64,000 nt of DNA from Eledone cirrhosa. Taxonomy: Eukaryota. A model generated the notes under the pieces. It was not told the DNA's origin. It searched no databases and was given only the letters and a program-made list of their open reading frames with translations. The stretch is taken from assembly GCA_964016885.1 (NCBI GenBank), contig OZ024744.1:3658001-3722000 (forward strand), read 5' to 3'. This document shows, one piece after another, positions 11,301-24,000 of the stretch. Each line of letters opens with the position of its first letter. The stretch's first letter is position 1. The position numbers and the translations under genes are program-made.

Positions 11301-13935
11301 TTTGAGGGATGACAAGGTAGAGAAAGATGACTTGGTGAAGAACGAAGTTTTGGGGGAAGACAAGGTAGAGAAAGATAGCTTGGTGAAGAACGAAGTTTTG
11401 TGGGAAGTCAAGGTAGAGAAAGATAGCTTGGTGAAGAACGAAGTTTTGGGGGAAGACAAGGTAGAGAAATATAGCTTGGTGAACAACGAAGTTTTGGGGG
11501 AAGACAAGGTAGAGAAAGATAGCTTGGTGAACAACGAAGTTTTGGGGGAAGACAAGGTAGAAAAAGATAGCTTGGTAAAGAACGAAGTTTTGGGGAAAAC
11601 AATGTAGAGAAAGATAGCTTGGTGAAGAACGAAGTTTTGGGGGAAGACAAGGTAGAGAAAGATAGCTTGGTGAAGAACGAAGTTTTGGGGAAGACAATGT
11701 AGAGAAAGATAGCTTGGTGAAGAACGAAGTTGTGGGGGAAGACAAGGTAGAGAAAGATAGCTTGGTGAAGAACGAAGTTTTGGGGGAAGACAAGGTAGAG
11801 AAAGATAGCTTGGTGAAGAACGACGTTTTGAGGGAAGACAAGGTAGAGAAAGATAGCTTGGTGAAGAACGATGTTTTGGGGAAGACACTGTAGAGAAAGA
11901 TAGCTTGGTGAAGAACGAAGTTTTGAGGGAAGACAAGGTAGAGAAAGATAGCTTGGTGAATAACGAAGTTTGGGAGAAGACAAGGTAGAGAAAGATAGTT
12001 GGTGAAGAACGAAGTTTTGAGGGAAGACAAGGTAGAGAAAGATAGCTTGGTGAAGAACGACGTTTTGAGGGAAGACAAGGTAGAGAAAGATAGCTTGGTG
12101 AAGAACGACGTTTTGTGGGAAGACAAGGTAGAGAAAGATAGCTTGGTGAAGAACGAAGTTTTGGGGGAAGACAAGGTAGAGAAAGATAGCTTGGTGAAGA
12201 ACGAAGTTTTGGGGAAGACAATGTAGAGAAAGATAGCTTGGTGAAGAACGAAGTTTTGGGGGAAGACAAGGTAGAGAAAGATAGCTTGGTGAAGAACGAA
12301 GTTTTGAGGGAAGACAAGGTAGAGAAAGATAGCTTGGTGAATAACGAAGTTTTGGGAGAAGACAAGGTAGAGAAAGATAGCTTGGTGAAGAACGACGTTT
12401 TGAGGGAAGACAAGGTAGAGAAAGATAGCTTGGTGAAGAACGAAGTTTTGGGGAAGACAACGTAGAGAAAGATAGCTTGGTGAAGAACGAAGTTTTGGGG
12501 GAAGACAAGGTAGAGAAAGATAGCTTGGTGAAGAACGAAGTTTTGAGGGAAGACAAGGTAGAGAAAGATAGCTTGGTGTATAACGAAGTTTTGGGAGAAG
12601 ACAAGGTAGAGAAAGATAGTTGGTGAAGAACGAAGTTTTGAAGGAAGACAAGGCAGAGAAAGATAGCTTGGTGAAGAACGAAGTTTTGAGGGAAGACAAG
12701 GTAGAGAAAGATAGCTTGGTGAAGAACGACGTTTTGTGGGAAGACAAGGTAGAGAAAGATAGCTTGGTGAAGAACGAAGTTTTGGGGGAAGACAAGGTAG
12801 AGAAAGATAGCTTGGTGAAGAACGAAGTTTTGGGGGAAGACAAGGTAGAGAAAGATAGCTTGGTGAAGAACGAAGTTTTGAGGGAAAACAAGGTAGAGAA
12901 AGATAGCTTGGTGAATAACGAAGTTTTGGGAGAAGACAAGGTGGAGAAAGATAGCTTGGTGAAGAACGAATTTTGAGGGAAGACAAGGTAGAGAAAGATA
13001 GCTTGGTGAAGAACGACGTTTTGTGGGAAGACAAGGGAGAGAAAAATAGATTGGTGAAGGACGAAGTTTTGAGGGATGACAAGGTAGAGAAAGATGACTT
13101 GGTGAAGAACGAAGTTTTGGGGGAAGACAAGGTAGAGAAAGATAGCTTGGTGAAGAACGAAGTTTTGGGGGAAGACAAGGTAGAGAAAGATAGCTTGGTG
13201 AAGAACGAAGTTTTGGGGGAAGACAAGGTAGAGAAAGATAGCTTGGTGAAGAACGAAGTTTTGAGGGAAGACAAGGTAGAGAAAGATAGCTTGGTGAATA
13301 ACGAAGTTTTGGGAGAATACAAGGTAGAGAAAGATAGCTTGGTGAAGAACGATGTTTTGAGGGAAGACAAGGTAGAGAAAGATAGCTTGGTGAAGAACGA
13401 CGTTTTGAGGGAAGACAAGGTAGAGAAAGATAGCTTGGTGAAGAACGACGTTTTGTGGGAAGACAAGGTAGAGAAAGATAGCTTGGTGAAGAACGAAGTT
13501 TTGGGGGAAGACAAGGTAGAGAAAGATAGCTTGCGAAGAACGAAGTTTTGGGGGAAGACAAGGTAGAGAAAGATAGCTTGGTGAAGAACGAAGTTTTGGG
13601 GGAGGACAAGGTAGAGAAAGATAGCTTGGTGAAGAACGACGTTTTGAGGGAAGGCAAGGTAGAGAAAGATAGCTTGGTGAAGAACGAAGTTTTGACGGAA
13701 GACAAGGTAGAGAAAGATAGCTTGGTGAAGAATGACGTTTTGTGGGAAGACAAGGTAGAGAAAGATAGCTTGGTGAATAACGAAGTTTTGAGGGAAGACA
13801 AGGTAGAGAAAGATAGCTTGGTGAAGAACGACGTTTTGTGGGAAGACAAGGTAGAGAAAGATAGCTTGGTGAAGAACGAAGTTTTGAGGTAAGACAAGGT
13901 AGAGAAAGATAGCTTGGTGAAGAACGACGTTTTGT
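6075..13935 (+). repeat. Dispersed duplication of a ~2.8-kb block (about 6075-8870 and 11140-13935), offset 5,065 bp (106 monomers minus 23)
   Basis: Offsets 6141/11206, 6934/11999, 7555/12620, 7908/12973 and 8483/13548 all equal 5,065. The private variant GAGGTAAGAC is at 8821 and 13886. Confidence 0.88.
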
Positions 13936-16900
13936 GGGAAGACAAGGTAGAGAAAGATAGCTTGGTGAAGAACGAAGTTTTGTGGGAAGTCAAGGTAGAG
14001 AAAGATAGCTTGGTGAAGAACGAAGTTTTGGGGGAAGACAAGGTAGAGAAATATAGCTTGGTGAACAACGAAGTTTTGGGGGAAGAAAAGGTAGAAAAAG
14101 ATAGCTTGGTAAAGAACGAAGTTTTGGGGAGAACAATGTAGAGAAAGATAGCTTGGTGAAGAACGAAGTTTTGGGGGACGACAAGGTAGAGAAAGATAGC
14201 TTGGTGAAGAACGAAGTTTTGAGGGAAGACAAGGTAGAGAAAGATAGCTTGTTGAATAACGAAGTTTTGGGAGAAGACAAGGTAGAGAAAGATAGCTTGG
14301 TGAAGAACGACGTTTTGAGGGAAGACAAGGTAGAGAAAGATAGCTTGGTGAAGAACGAAGTTTTGGGGAAGACAATGTAGAGAAAGATAGCTTGGTGAAG
14401 AACGAAGTTTTGGGGGAAGACAAGGTAGAGAAAGATAGCTTGGTGAAGAACGAAGTTTTGGGGGAAGACAAGGTAGAGAAAGATAGCTTGGTGAAGAACG
14501 ACGTTTTGAGGGAAGACAAGGTAGAGAAAGATAGCTTGGTGAAGAACGAAGTTTTGGGGAAGACAATGTAGAGAAAGATAGCTTGGTGAAGAACGAAGTT
14601 TTGGGGGAAGACAAGGTAGAGAAAGATAGCTTGGTGAAGAACGAAGTTTTGGGGGAAGACAAGGTAGAGAAAGATAGCTTGGTGAATAACGAAGTTTTGG
14701 GAGAAGACAAGGTAGAGAAAGATAGCTTGGTGAAGAACGACGTTTTGAGGGAAGACAAGGTAGAGAAAGATAGCTTGGTGAAGAACGACGTTTTGTGGGA
14801 AGACAAGGTAGAGAAAGATAGCTTGGTGAAGAACGAAGTTTTGGGGGAAGACAAGGTAGAGAAAAATAGCTTGGTGAAGAACGAAGTTTTGGGGGAAGAC
14901 AAGGTAGAGAAAGATAGCTTGGTGAAGAACGAAGTTTTGGGGGAAGACAAGGTAGAGAAAGATAGCTTGGTGAAGAACGACGTTTTGAGGGAAGACAAGG
15001 TAGAGAAAGATAGCTTGGTGAAGAACGACGTTTTGTGGGAAGACAAGGTAGAGAAAGATAGCTTGGTGAAGAACGAAGTTTTGGGGGAAGACAAGGTAGA
15101 GAAAGATAGCTTGGTGAAGAACGAAGTTTTGGGGAAGACAATGTAGAGAAAGATAGCTTGGTGAAGAACGAAGTTTTGGGGGAAGACAAGGTAGAGAAAG
15201 ATAGCTTGGTGAAGAACGAAGTTTTGAGGGAAGACAAGGTAGAGAAAGATAGCTTGGTGAATAACGAAGTTTTGGGAGAAGACAAGGTAGAGAAAGATAG
15301 CTTGGTGAAGAACGACGTTTTGAGGGAAGACAAGGTAGAGAAAGATAGCTTGGTGAAGAACGAAGTTTTGGGGAAGACAATGTAGAGAAAGATAGCTTGG
15401 TGAAGAACGAAGTTTTGGGGGAAGACAAGGTAGTGAAAGATAGCTTGGTGAAGAACGAAGTTTTGAGGGAAGACAAGGTAGAGAAAGATAGCTTGGTGAA
15501 TAACGAAGTTTTGGGAGAAGACAAGGTAGAGAAAGATAGTTGGTGAAGAACGAAGTTTTGAAGGAAGACAAGGCAGAGAAAGATAGCTTGGTGAAGAACG
15601 AAGTTTTGAGGGAAGACAAGGTAGAGAAAGATAGCTTGGTGAAGAACGACGTTTTGTGGGAAGACAAGGTAGAGAAAGATAGCTTGGTGAAGAACGAAGT
15701 TTAGAGGGAAGACAAGGTAGAGAAAGATAGCTTGGTGAATAACGAAGTTTTGGGAGAAGACAATGTCGAGAAAGATAGCTTGGTGAAGAACGAAGTTTTG
15801 AGGGAAGACAAGGTAGAGAAAGATAGCTTGGTGAAGAACGAAGTTTTGGGGGAAGACAAGGTAGAGAAAGATAGCTTGGTGAAGAACGAAGTTTTGGGGG
15901 AAGACAAGGTAGAGAAAGATAGCTTGGTGAAGAACGAAGTTTTGAGGGAAGACAAGGTAGAGAAATATAGCTTGGTGAAGAACGACGTTTTGTGGGAAGA
16001 CAAGGTAGAGAAAGATAGCTTGGTGAAGAACGAAGTTTTGTGGGAAGTCAAGGTAGAGAAAGATAGCTTGGTGAAGAACGAAGTTTTGGGGGAAGACAAG
16101 GTAGAGAAAGATAGCTTGGTGAAGAACGAAGTTTTGGGGGAAGACAAGGTAGAGAAAGATAGCTTGGTGAACAACGAAGTTTTGGGGGAAGACAAGGTAG
16201 AAAAAGATAGCTTGGTAAAGAACGAAGTTTTGGGGAAAACAATGTAGAGAAAGATAGCTTGGTGAAGAACGAAGTTTTGGGGGAAGACAAGGTAGAGAAA
16301 GATAGCTTGGTGAAGAACGAAGTTTTGGGGAAGACAATGTAGAGAAAGATAGCTTGGTGAAGAACGAAGTTGTGGGGGAAGACAAGGTAGAGAAAGATAG
16401 CTTGGTGAAGAACGAAGTTTTGGGGGAAGACAAGGTAGAGAAAGATAGCTTGGTGAAGAACGACGTTTTGAGGGAAGACAAGGTAGAGAAAGATAGCTTG
16501 GTGAAGAACGATGTTTTGGGGAAGACACTGTAGAGAAAGATAGCTTGGTGAAGAACGAAGTTTTGAGGGAAGACAAGGTAGAGAAAGATAGCTTGGTGAA
16601 TAACGAAGTTTGGGAGAAGACAAGGTAGAGAAAGATAGTTGGTGAAGAACGAAGTTTTGAGGGAAGACAAGGTAGAGAAAGATAGCTTGGTGAAGAACGA
16701 CGTTTTGAGGGAAGACAAGGTAGAGAAAGATAGCTTGGTGAAGAACGACGTTTTGTGGGAAGACAAGGTAGAGAAAGATAGCTTGGTGAAGAACGAAGTT
16801 TTGGGGGAAGACAAGGTAGAGAAAGATAGCTTGGTGAAGAACGAAGTTTTGGGGAAGACAATGTAGAGAAAGATAGCTTGGTGAAGAACGAAGTTTTGGG

Positions 16901-17179
16901 GGAAGACAAGGTAGAGAAAGATAGCTTGGTGAAGAACGAAGTTTTGAGGGAAGACAAGGTAGAGAAAGATAGCTTGGTGAATAACGAGGTTTTGGGAGAA
17001 GACAAGGTAGAGAAAGATAGCTTGGTGAAGAACGAGGTTTTGAGGGAAGACAAGGTAGAGAAAGATAGCTTGGTGAAGAACGAAGTTTTGGGGAAGACAA
17101 TGTAGAGAAAGATAGCTTGGTGAAGAACGAAGTTTTGGGGGAAGACAAGGTAGAGAAAGATAGCTTGGTGAAGAACGAA

Positions 17180-20100
17180 GTTTTGAGGGAAGACAAGGTA
17201 GAGAAAGATAGCTTGGTGAATAACGAAGTTTTGGGAGAAGACAAGGTAGAGAAGGATAGTTGGTGAAGAACGAAGTTTTGAAGGAAGACAGGGCAGAGAA
17301 AGATAGCTTGGTGAAGAACGAAGTTTTGAGGGAAGACAAGGTAGAGAAAGATAGCTTGGTGAAGAACGACGTTTTGTGGGAAGACAAGGTAGAGAAAGAT
17401 AGCTTGGTGAAGAACGAAGTTCTGATGGAAGACAAGGTAGAGAAAGATAGCTTGGTGAAGAACGAAATTTTGGGAGAAGACAAGGTAGAGAAAGATATCT
17501 TGGTGAAGAACGAAGTTTTGACGGAGGACAAGGTAGAGAAAGATAGCTTGGAGAAGAATGACGTTTTGTGGGAAGACAAGGTAGAGAAAGATAGCTTGGT
17601 GAAGAACGACGTTTTGAGGGGAGACAAGGTAGAGAAAGATAGCTTGGTGAAGAACGACGTTTTGTGGGAAGACAAGGTAAAGAAAGATAGCTTGGTGAAG
17701 AACGAAGTTTTGGGGGAAGACAAGGTAGAGAAAGATAGCTTGCGAAGAACGAAGTTTTGGGGGAAGACAACGTAGAGAAAGATAGCTTGGTGAAGAACGA
17801 AGTTTTGGGGGAGGACAAGGTAGAGAAAGATAGCTTGGTGAAGAACGACGTTTTGTGGGAAGACAAGGTAGAGAAAGATAGCTTGGTGAAGAACGAAGTT
17901 TTGAGGGAAGACAAGGTAGAGAAAGATTGCTTGGTGAATAACGAAGTTTTGGGAGAAGACAATGTCGAGAAAGATAGCTTGGTGAAGAACGAAGTTTTGA
18001 GGGAAGACAAGGTAGAGAAAGATAGCTTGGTGAAGAACGAAGTTTTGGGGGAAGACAAGGTAGAGAAAGATAGCTTGGTGAAGAACGAAGTTTTGAAGGA
18101 AGACAAGGTAGAGAAAGATAGCTTGGTGAAGAACGACGTTTTGTGGGAAGACAAGGTAGAGAAAGATAGCTTGGTGAAGAACGAAGTTTTGTGGGAAGTC
18201 AAGATAGAGAAAGATAGCTTGGTGAAGAACGAAGTTTTGGGGGAAGACAAGGTAGAGAAAGATAGCTTGGTGAAAAACGAAGTTTTGGGGGAAGACAAGG
18301 TAGAGAAAGATAGCTTGGTGAACAACGAAGTTTTGGGTGAAGACAAGGTAGAAAAAGATAGCTTGGTAAAGAACGAAGTTTTGGGGAAAACAATGTAGAG
18401 AAAGATAGCTTGGTGAAGAACGAAGTTTTGGGGGAAGACAAGGTAGAGAAAGATAGCTTGGTGAAGAACGAAGTTTTGGGGAAGACAATGTAGAGAAAGA
18501 TAGCTTGGTGAAGAACGAAGTTGTGGGGGAAGACAAGGTAGAGAAAGATAGCTTGGTGAAGAACGAAGTTTTGGGGGAAGACAAGGTAGAGAAAGATAGC
18601 TTGGTGAAGAACGACGTTTTGAGGGAAGACAAGGTAGAGAAAGATAGCTTGGTGAAGAACGATGTTTTGGGGAAGACACTGTAGAGAAAGATAGCTTGGT
18701 GAAGAACGAAGTTTTGAGGGAAGACAAGGTAGAGAAAGATAGCTTGGTGAATAACGAAGTTTTGGGAGAAGACAAGGTAGAGAAGGATAGTTGGTGAAGA
18801 ACGAAGTTTTGAAGGAAGACAGGGCAGAGAAAGATAGCTTGGTGAAGAACGAAGTTTTGAGGGAAGACAAGGTAGAGAAAGATAGCTTGGTGAAGAACGA
18901 CGTTTTGTGGGAAGACAAGGTAGAGAAAGATAGCTTGGTGAAGAACGAAGTTCTGATGGAAGACAAGGTAGAGAAAGATAGCTTGGTGAAGAACGAAATT
19001 TTGGGAGAAGACAAGGTAGAGAAAGATATCTTGGTGAAGAACGAAGTTTTGACGGAGGACAAGGTAGAGAAAGATAGCTTGGAGAAGAATGACGTTTTGT
19101 GGGAAGACAAGGTAGAGAAAGATAGCTTGGTGAAGAACGACGTTTTGAGGGGAGACAAGGTAGAGAAAGATAGCTTGGTGAAGAACGACGTTTTGTGGGA
19201 AGACAAGGTAAAGAAAGATAGCTTGGTGAAGAACGAAGTTTTGGGGGAAGACAAGGTAGAGAAAGATAGCTTGCGAAGAACGAAGTTTTGGGGGAAGACA
19301 ACGTAGAGAAAGATAGCTTGGTGAAGAACGAAGTTTTGGGGGAGGACAAGGTAGAGAAAGATAGCTTGGTGAAGAACGACGTTTTGTGGGAAGACAAGGT
19401 AGAGAAAGATAGCTTGGTGAAGAACGAAGTTTTGAGGGAAGACAAGGTAGAGAAAGATTGCTTGGTGAATAACGAAGTTTTGGGAGAAGACAATGTCGAG
19501 AAAGATAGCTTGGTGAAGAACGAAGTTTTGAGGGAAGACAAGGTAGAGAAAGATAGCTTGGTGAAGAACGAAGTTTTGGGGGAAGACAAGGTAGAGAAAG
19601 ATAGCTTGGTGAAGAACGAAGTTTTGAAGGAAGACAAGGTAGAGAAAGATAGCTTGGTGAAGAACGACGTTTTGTGGGAAGACAAGGTAGAGAAAGATAG
19701 CTTGGTGAAGAACGAAGTTTTGTGGGAAGTCAAGATAGAGAAAGATAGCTTGGTGAAGAACGAAGTTTTGGGGGAAGACAAGGTAGAGAAAGATAGCTTG
19801 GTGAAAAACGAAGTTTTGGGGGAAGACAAGGTAGAGAATGATAGCTTGGTGAACAACGAAGTTTTGGGTGAAGACAAGGTAGAAAAAGATAGCTTGGTAA
19901 AGAACGAAGTTTTGGGGAAAACAATGTAGAGAAAGATAGCTTGGTGAAGAACGAAGTTTTGGGGGAAGACAAGGTAGAGAAAGATAGCTTGGTGAAGAAC
20001 GAAGTTTTGGGGAAGACAATGTAGAGAAAGATAGCTTGGTGAAGAACGAAGTTGTGGGGGAAGACAAGGTAGAGAAAGATAGCTTGGTGAAGAACGAAGT

Positions 20101-20270
20101 TTTGGGGGAAGACAAGGTAGAGAAAGATAGCTTGGTGAAGAACGACGTTTTGAGGGAAGACAAGGTAGAGAAAGATAGCTTGGTGAAGAACGATGTTTTG
20201 GGGAAGACACTGTAGAGAAAGATAGCTTGGTGAAGAACGAAGTTTTGAGGGAAGACAAGGTAGAGAAAGA
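17180..20270 (+). repeat. Tandem higher-order duplication, period 1,531 bp (32 monomers minus 5), variant-rich
   Basis: Offsets 17260/18791 and 17757/19288. The private variants GAAGGATAGTT, ACAGGGCAG, TCTGATGGA, GGTAAAGAAAG, GATTGC, GTCAAGATAG and TGAAAAACG each occur in both copies. Confidence 0.92.
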
Positions 20271-21059
20271 TAGCTTGGTGAATAACGAAGTTTGGGAGAA
20301 GACAAGGTAGAGAAAGATAGTTGGTGAAGAACGAAGTTTTGAGGGAAGACAAGGTAGAGAAAGATAGCTTGGTGAAGAACGACGTTTTGAGGGAAGACAA
20401 GGTAGAGAAAGATAGCTTGGTGAAGAACGACGTTTTGTGGGAAGACAAGGTAGAGAAAGATAGCTTGGTGAAGAACGAAGTTTTGGGGGAAGACAAGGTA
20501 GAGAAAGATAGCTTGGTGAAGAACGAAGTTTTGGGGAAGACAATGTAGAGAAAGATAGCTTGGTGAAGAACGAAGTTTTGGGGGAAGACAAGGTAGAGAA
20601 AGATAGCTTGGTGAAGAACCAAGTTTTGAGGGAAGACAAGGTAGAGAAAGATAGCTTGGTGAATAACGAAGTTTTGGGAGAAGACAAGGTAGAGAAAGAT
20701 AGCTTGGTGAAGAACGACGTTTTGAGGGAAGACAAGGTAGAGAAAGATAGCTTGGTGAAGAACGAAGTTTTGTGGAAGACAATGTAGAGAATGATAGCTT
20801 GGTGAAGAACGAAGTTTTGGGGGAAGACAAGGTAGAGAAAGATAGCTTGGTGAAGAACGAAGTTTTGAGGGAAGACAAGGTAGAGAAAGATAGCTTGGTG
20901 AATAACGAAGTTTTGGGAGAAGACAAGGTAGAGAAAGATAGTTGGTGAAGACGAAGTTTTGAAGGAAGACAAGGCAGAGAAAGATAGCTTGGTGAAGAAC
21001 GAAGTTTTGAGGGAAGACAAGGTAGAGAAAGATAGCTTGGTGAAGAACGACGTTTTGTG

Positions 21060-24000
21060 GGAAGACAAGGTAGAGAAAGATAGCTTGGTGAAGAACGAAG
21101 TTTTGGGGGAAGACAAGGTAGAGAAAGATAGCTTGGTGAAGAACGAAGTTTTGGGGGAAGACAAGGTAGAGAAAGATAGCTTGGTGAAGAACGAAGTTTT
21201 GAGGGAAAACAAGGTAGAGAAAGATAGCTTGGTGAATAACGAAGTTTTGGGAGAAGACAAGGTGGAGAAAGATAGCTTGGTGAAGAACGAATTTTGAGGG
21301 AAGACAAGGTAGAGAAAGATAGCTTGGTGAAGAACGACGTTTTGTGGGAAGACAAGGTAGAGAAAGATAGATTGGTGAAGGACGAAGTTTTGAGGGATGA
21401 CAAGGTAGAGAAAGATGACTTGGTGAAGAACGAAGTTTTGGGGGAAGACAAGGTAGAGAAAGATAGCTTGGTGAAGAACGAAGTTTTGGGGGAAGACAAG
21501 GTAGAGAAAGATAGCTTGGTGAAGAACGAAGTTTTGGGGGAAGACAAGGTAGAGAAAGATAGCTTGGTGAAGAACGAAGTTTTGAGGGAAGACAAGGTAG
21601 AGAAAGATAGCTTGGTGAATAACGAAGTTTTGGGAGAATACAAGGTAGAGAAAGATAGCTTGATGAAGAACGATGTTTTGAGGGAAGACAAGGTAGAGAA
21701 AGATAGCTTGGTGAAGAACGACGTTTTGAGGGAAGACAAGGTAGAGAAAGATAGCTTGGTGAAGAACGACGTTTTGTGGGAAGACAAGGTAGAGAAAGAT
21801 AGCTTGGTGAAGAACGAAGTTTTGGGGGAAGACAAGGTAGAGAAAGATAGCTTGCGAAGAACGAAGTTTTGGGGGAAGACAAGGTAGAGAAAGATAGCTT
21901 GGTGAAGAACGAAGTTTTGGGGGAGGACAAGGTAGAGAAAGATAGCTTGGTGACGAACGAAGTTTTGACGGAAGACAAGGTAGAGAAAGATAGCTTGGTG
22001 AAGAATGACGTTTTGCGGGAAGACAAGGTAGAGAAAGATAGCTTGGTGAATAACGAAGTTTTGAGGGTAGACAAGGTAGAGAAAGATAGCTTGGTGAAGA
22101 ACGAAGTTTTGGGGGAAGACAAGGTAGAGAAAGATAGCTTGGTGAAGAACGAAGTTTTGAGGGAAGACAAGGTAGAGAAAGATAGCTTGGTGAAGAACGA
22201 CGTTTTGTGGGAAGACAAGGTAGAGAAAGATAGCTTGGTGAAGAACGAAGTTTTGTGGGAAGTCAAGGTAGAGAAAGATAGCTTGGTGAAGAACGAAGTT
22301 TTGGGGGAAGACAAGGTAGAGAAATATAGCTTGGTGAACAACGAAGTTTTGGGGGAAGACAAGGTAGAAAAAGATAGCTTGGTAAAGAACGAAGTTTTGG
22401 GGAAAACAATGTAGAGAAAGATAGCTTGGTGAAGAACGAAGTTTTGGGGGAAGACAAGGTAGAGAAAGATAGCTTGGTGAAGAACGAAGTTTTGAGGGAA
22501 GACAAGGTAGAGAAAGATAGCTTGGTGAATAACGAAGTTTTGGGAGAAGACAAGGTAGAGAAAGATAGCTTGGTGAAGAACGACGTTTTGAGGGAAGACA
22601 AGGTAGAGAAAGATAGCTTGTTGAAGAACGAAGTTTTGGGGAAGACAATGTAGAGAAAGATAGCTTGGTGAAGAACGAAGTTTTGGGGGAAGACAAGGTA
22701 GAGAAAGATAGCTTGGTGAAGAACGAAGTTTTGGGGGAAGACAAGGTAGAGAAAGATAGCTTGGTGAAGAACGACGTTTTGAGGGAAGACAAGGTAGAGA
22801 AAGATAGCTTGGTGAAGAACGAAGTTTTGAGGGAAGACAAGGTAGAGAAAGATAGCTTGGTGAAGAACGAAGTTTTGGGGGAAGACAAGGTAGAGAAAGA
22901 TAGCTTGGTGAAGAACGAAGTTTTGGGGGAAGACAAGGTAGAGAAAGATAGCTTGGTGAAGAAAGAAGTTTTGGGGGAAGACAAGGTAGAGAAGATAGCT
23001 TGGTGAATAACGAAGTTTTGGGAGAAGACAAGGTAGAGAAAGATAGCTTGGTGAAGAACGACGTTTTGAGGGAAGACAAGGTAGAGAAAGATAGCTTGGT
23101 GAAGAACGACGTTTTGTGGGAAGACAAGGTAGAGAAAGATAGCTTGGTGAAGAACGAAGTTTTGGGGGAAGACAAGGTAGAGAAAGATAGCTTGGTGAAG
23201 AACGAAGTTTTGGGGGAAGACAAGGTAGAGCAAGATAGCTTGGTGAAGAACGAAGTTTTGGGGGAAGACAAGGTAGAGAAAGATAGCTTGGTGAAGAACG
23301 ACGTTTTGTGGGAAGACAAGGTAGAGAAAGATAGCTTGGTGAAGAACGAAGTTTTGGGGGAAGACAAGGTAGAGAAAGATAGCTTGGTGAAGAACGAAGT
23401 TTTGGGGAAGACAATGTAGAGAAAGATAGCTTGGTGAAGAACGAAGTTTTGGGGGAAGACAAGGTAGAGAAAGATAGCTTGGTGAAGAACGAAGTTTTGA
23501 GGGAAGACAAGGTAGAGAAAGATAGCTTGGTGAATAACGAAGTTTTGGGAGAATACAAGGTAGAGAAAGATAGCTTGGTGAAGAACGATGTTTTGAGGGA
23601 AGACAAGGTAGAGAAAGATAGCTTGGTGAAGAACGACGTTTTGAGGGAAGACAAGGTAGAGAAAGATAGCTTGGTGAAGAACGACGTTTTGTGGGAAGAC
23701 AAGGTAGAGAAAGATAGCTTGGTGAAGAACGAAGTTTTGGGGGAAGACAAGGTAGAGAAAGATAGCTTGCGAAGAACGAAGTTTTGGGGGAAGACAAGGT
23801 AGAGAAAGATAGCTTGGTGAAGAACGAAGTTTTGGGGGAGGACAAGGTAGAGAAAGATAGCTTGGTGAAGAACGACGTTTTGAGGGAAGGCAAGGTAGAG
23901 AAAGATAGCTTGGTGACGAACGAAGTTTTGACGGAAGACAAGGTAGAGAAAGATAGCTTGGTGAAGAATGACGTTTTGTGGGAAGACAAGGTAGAGAAAG

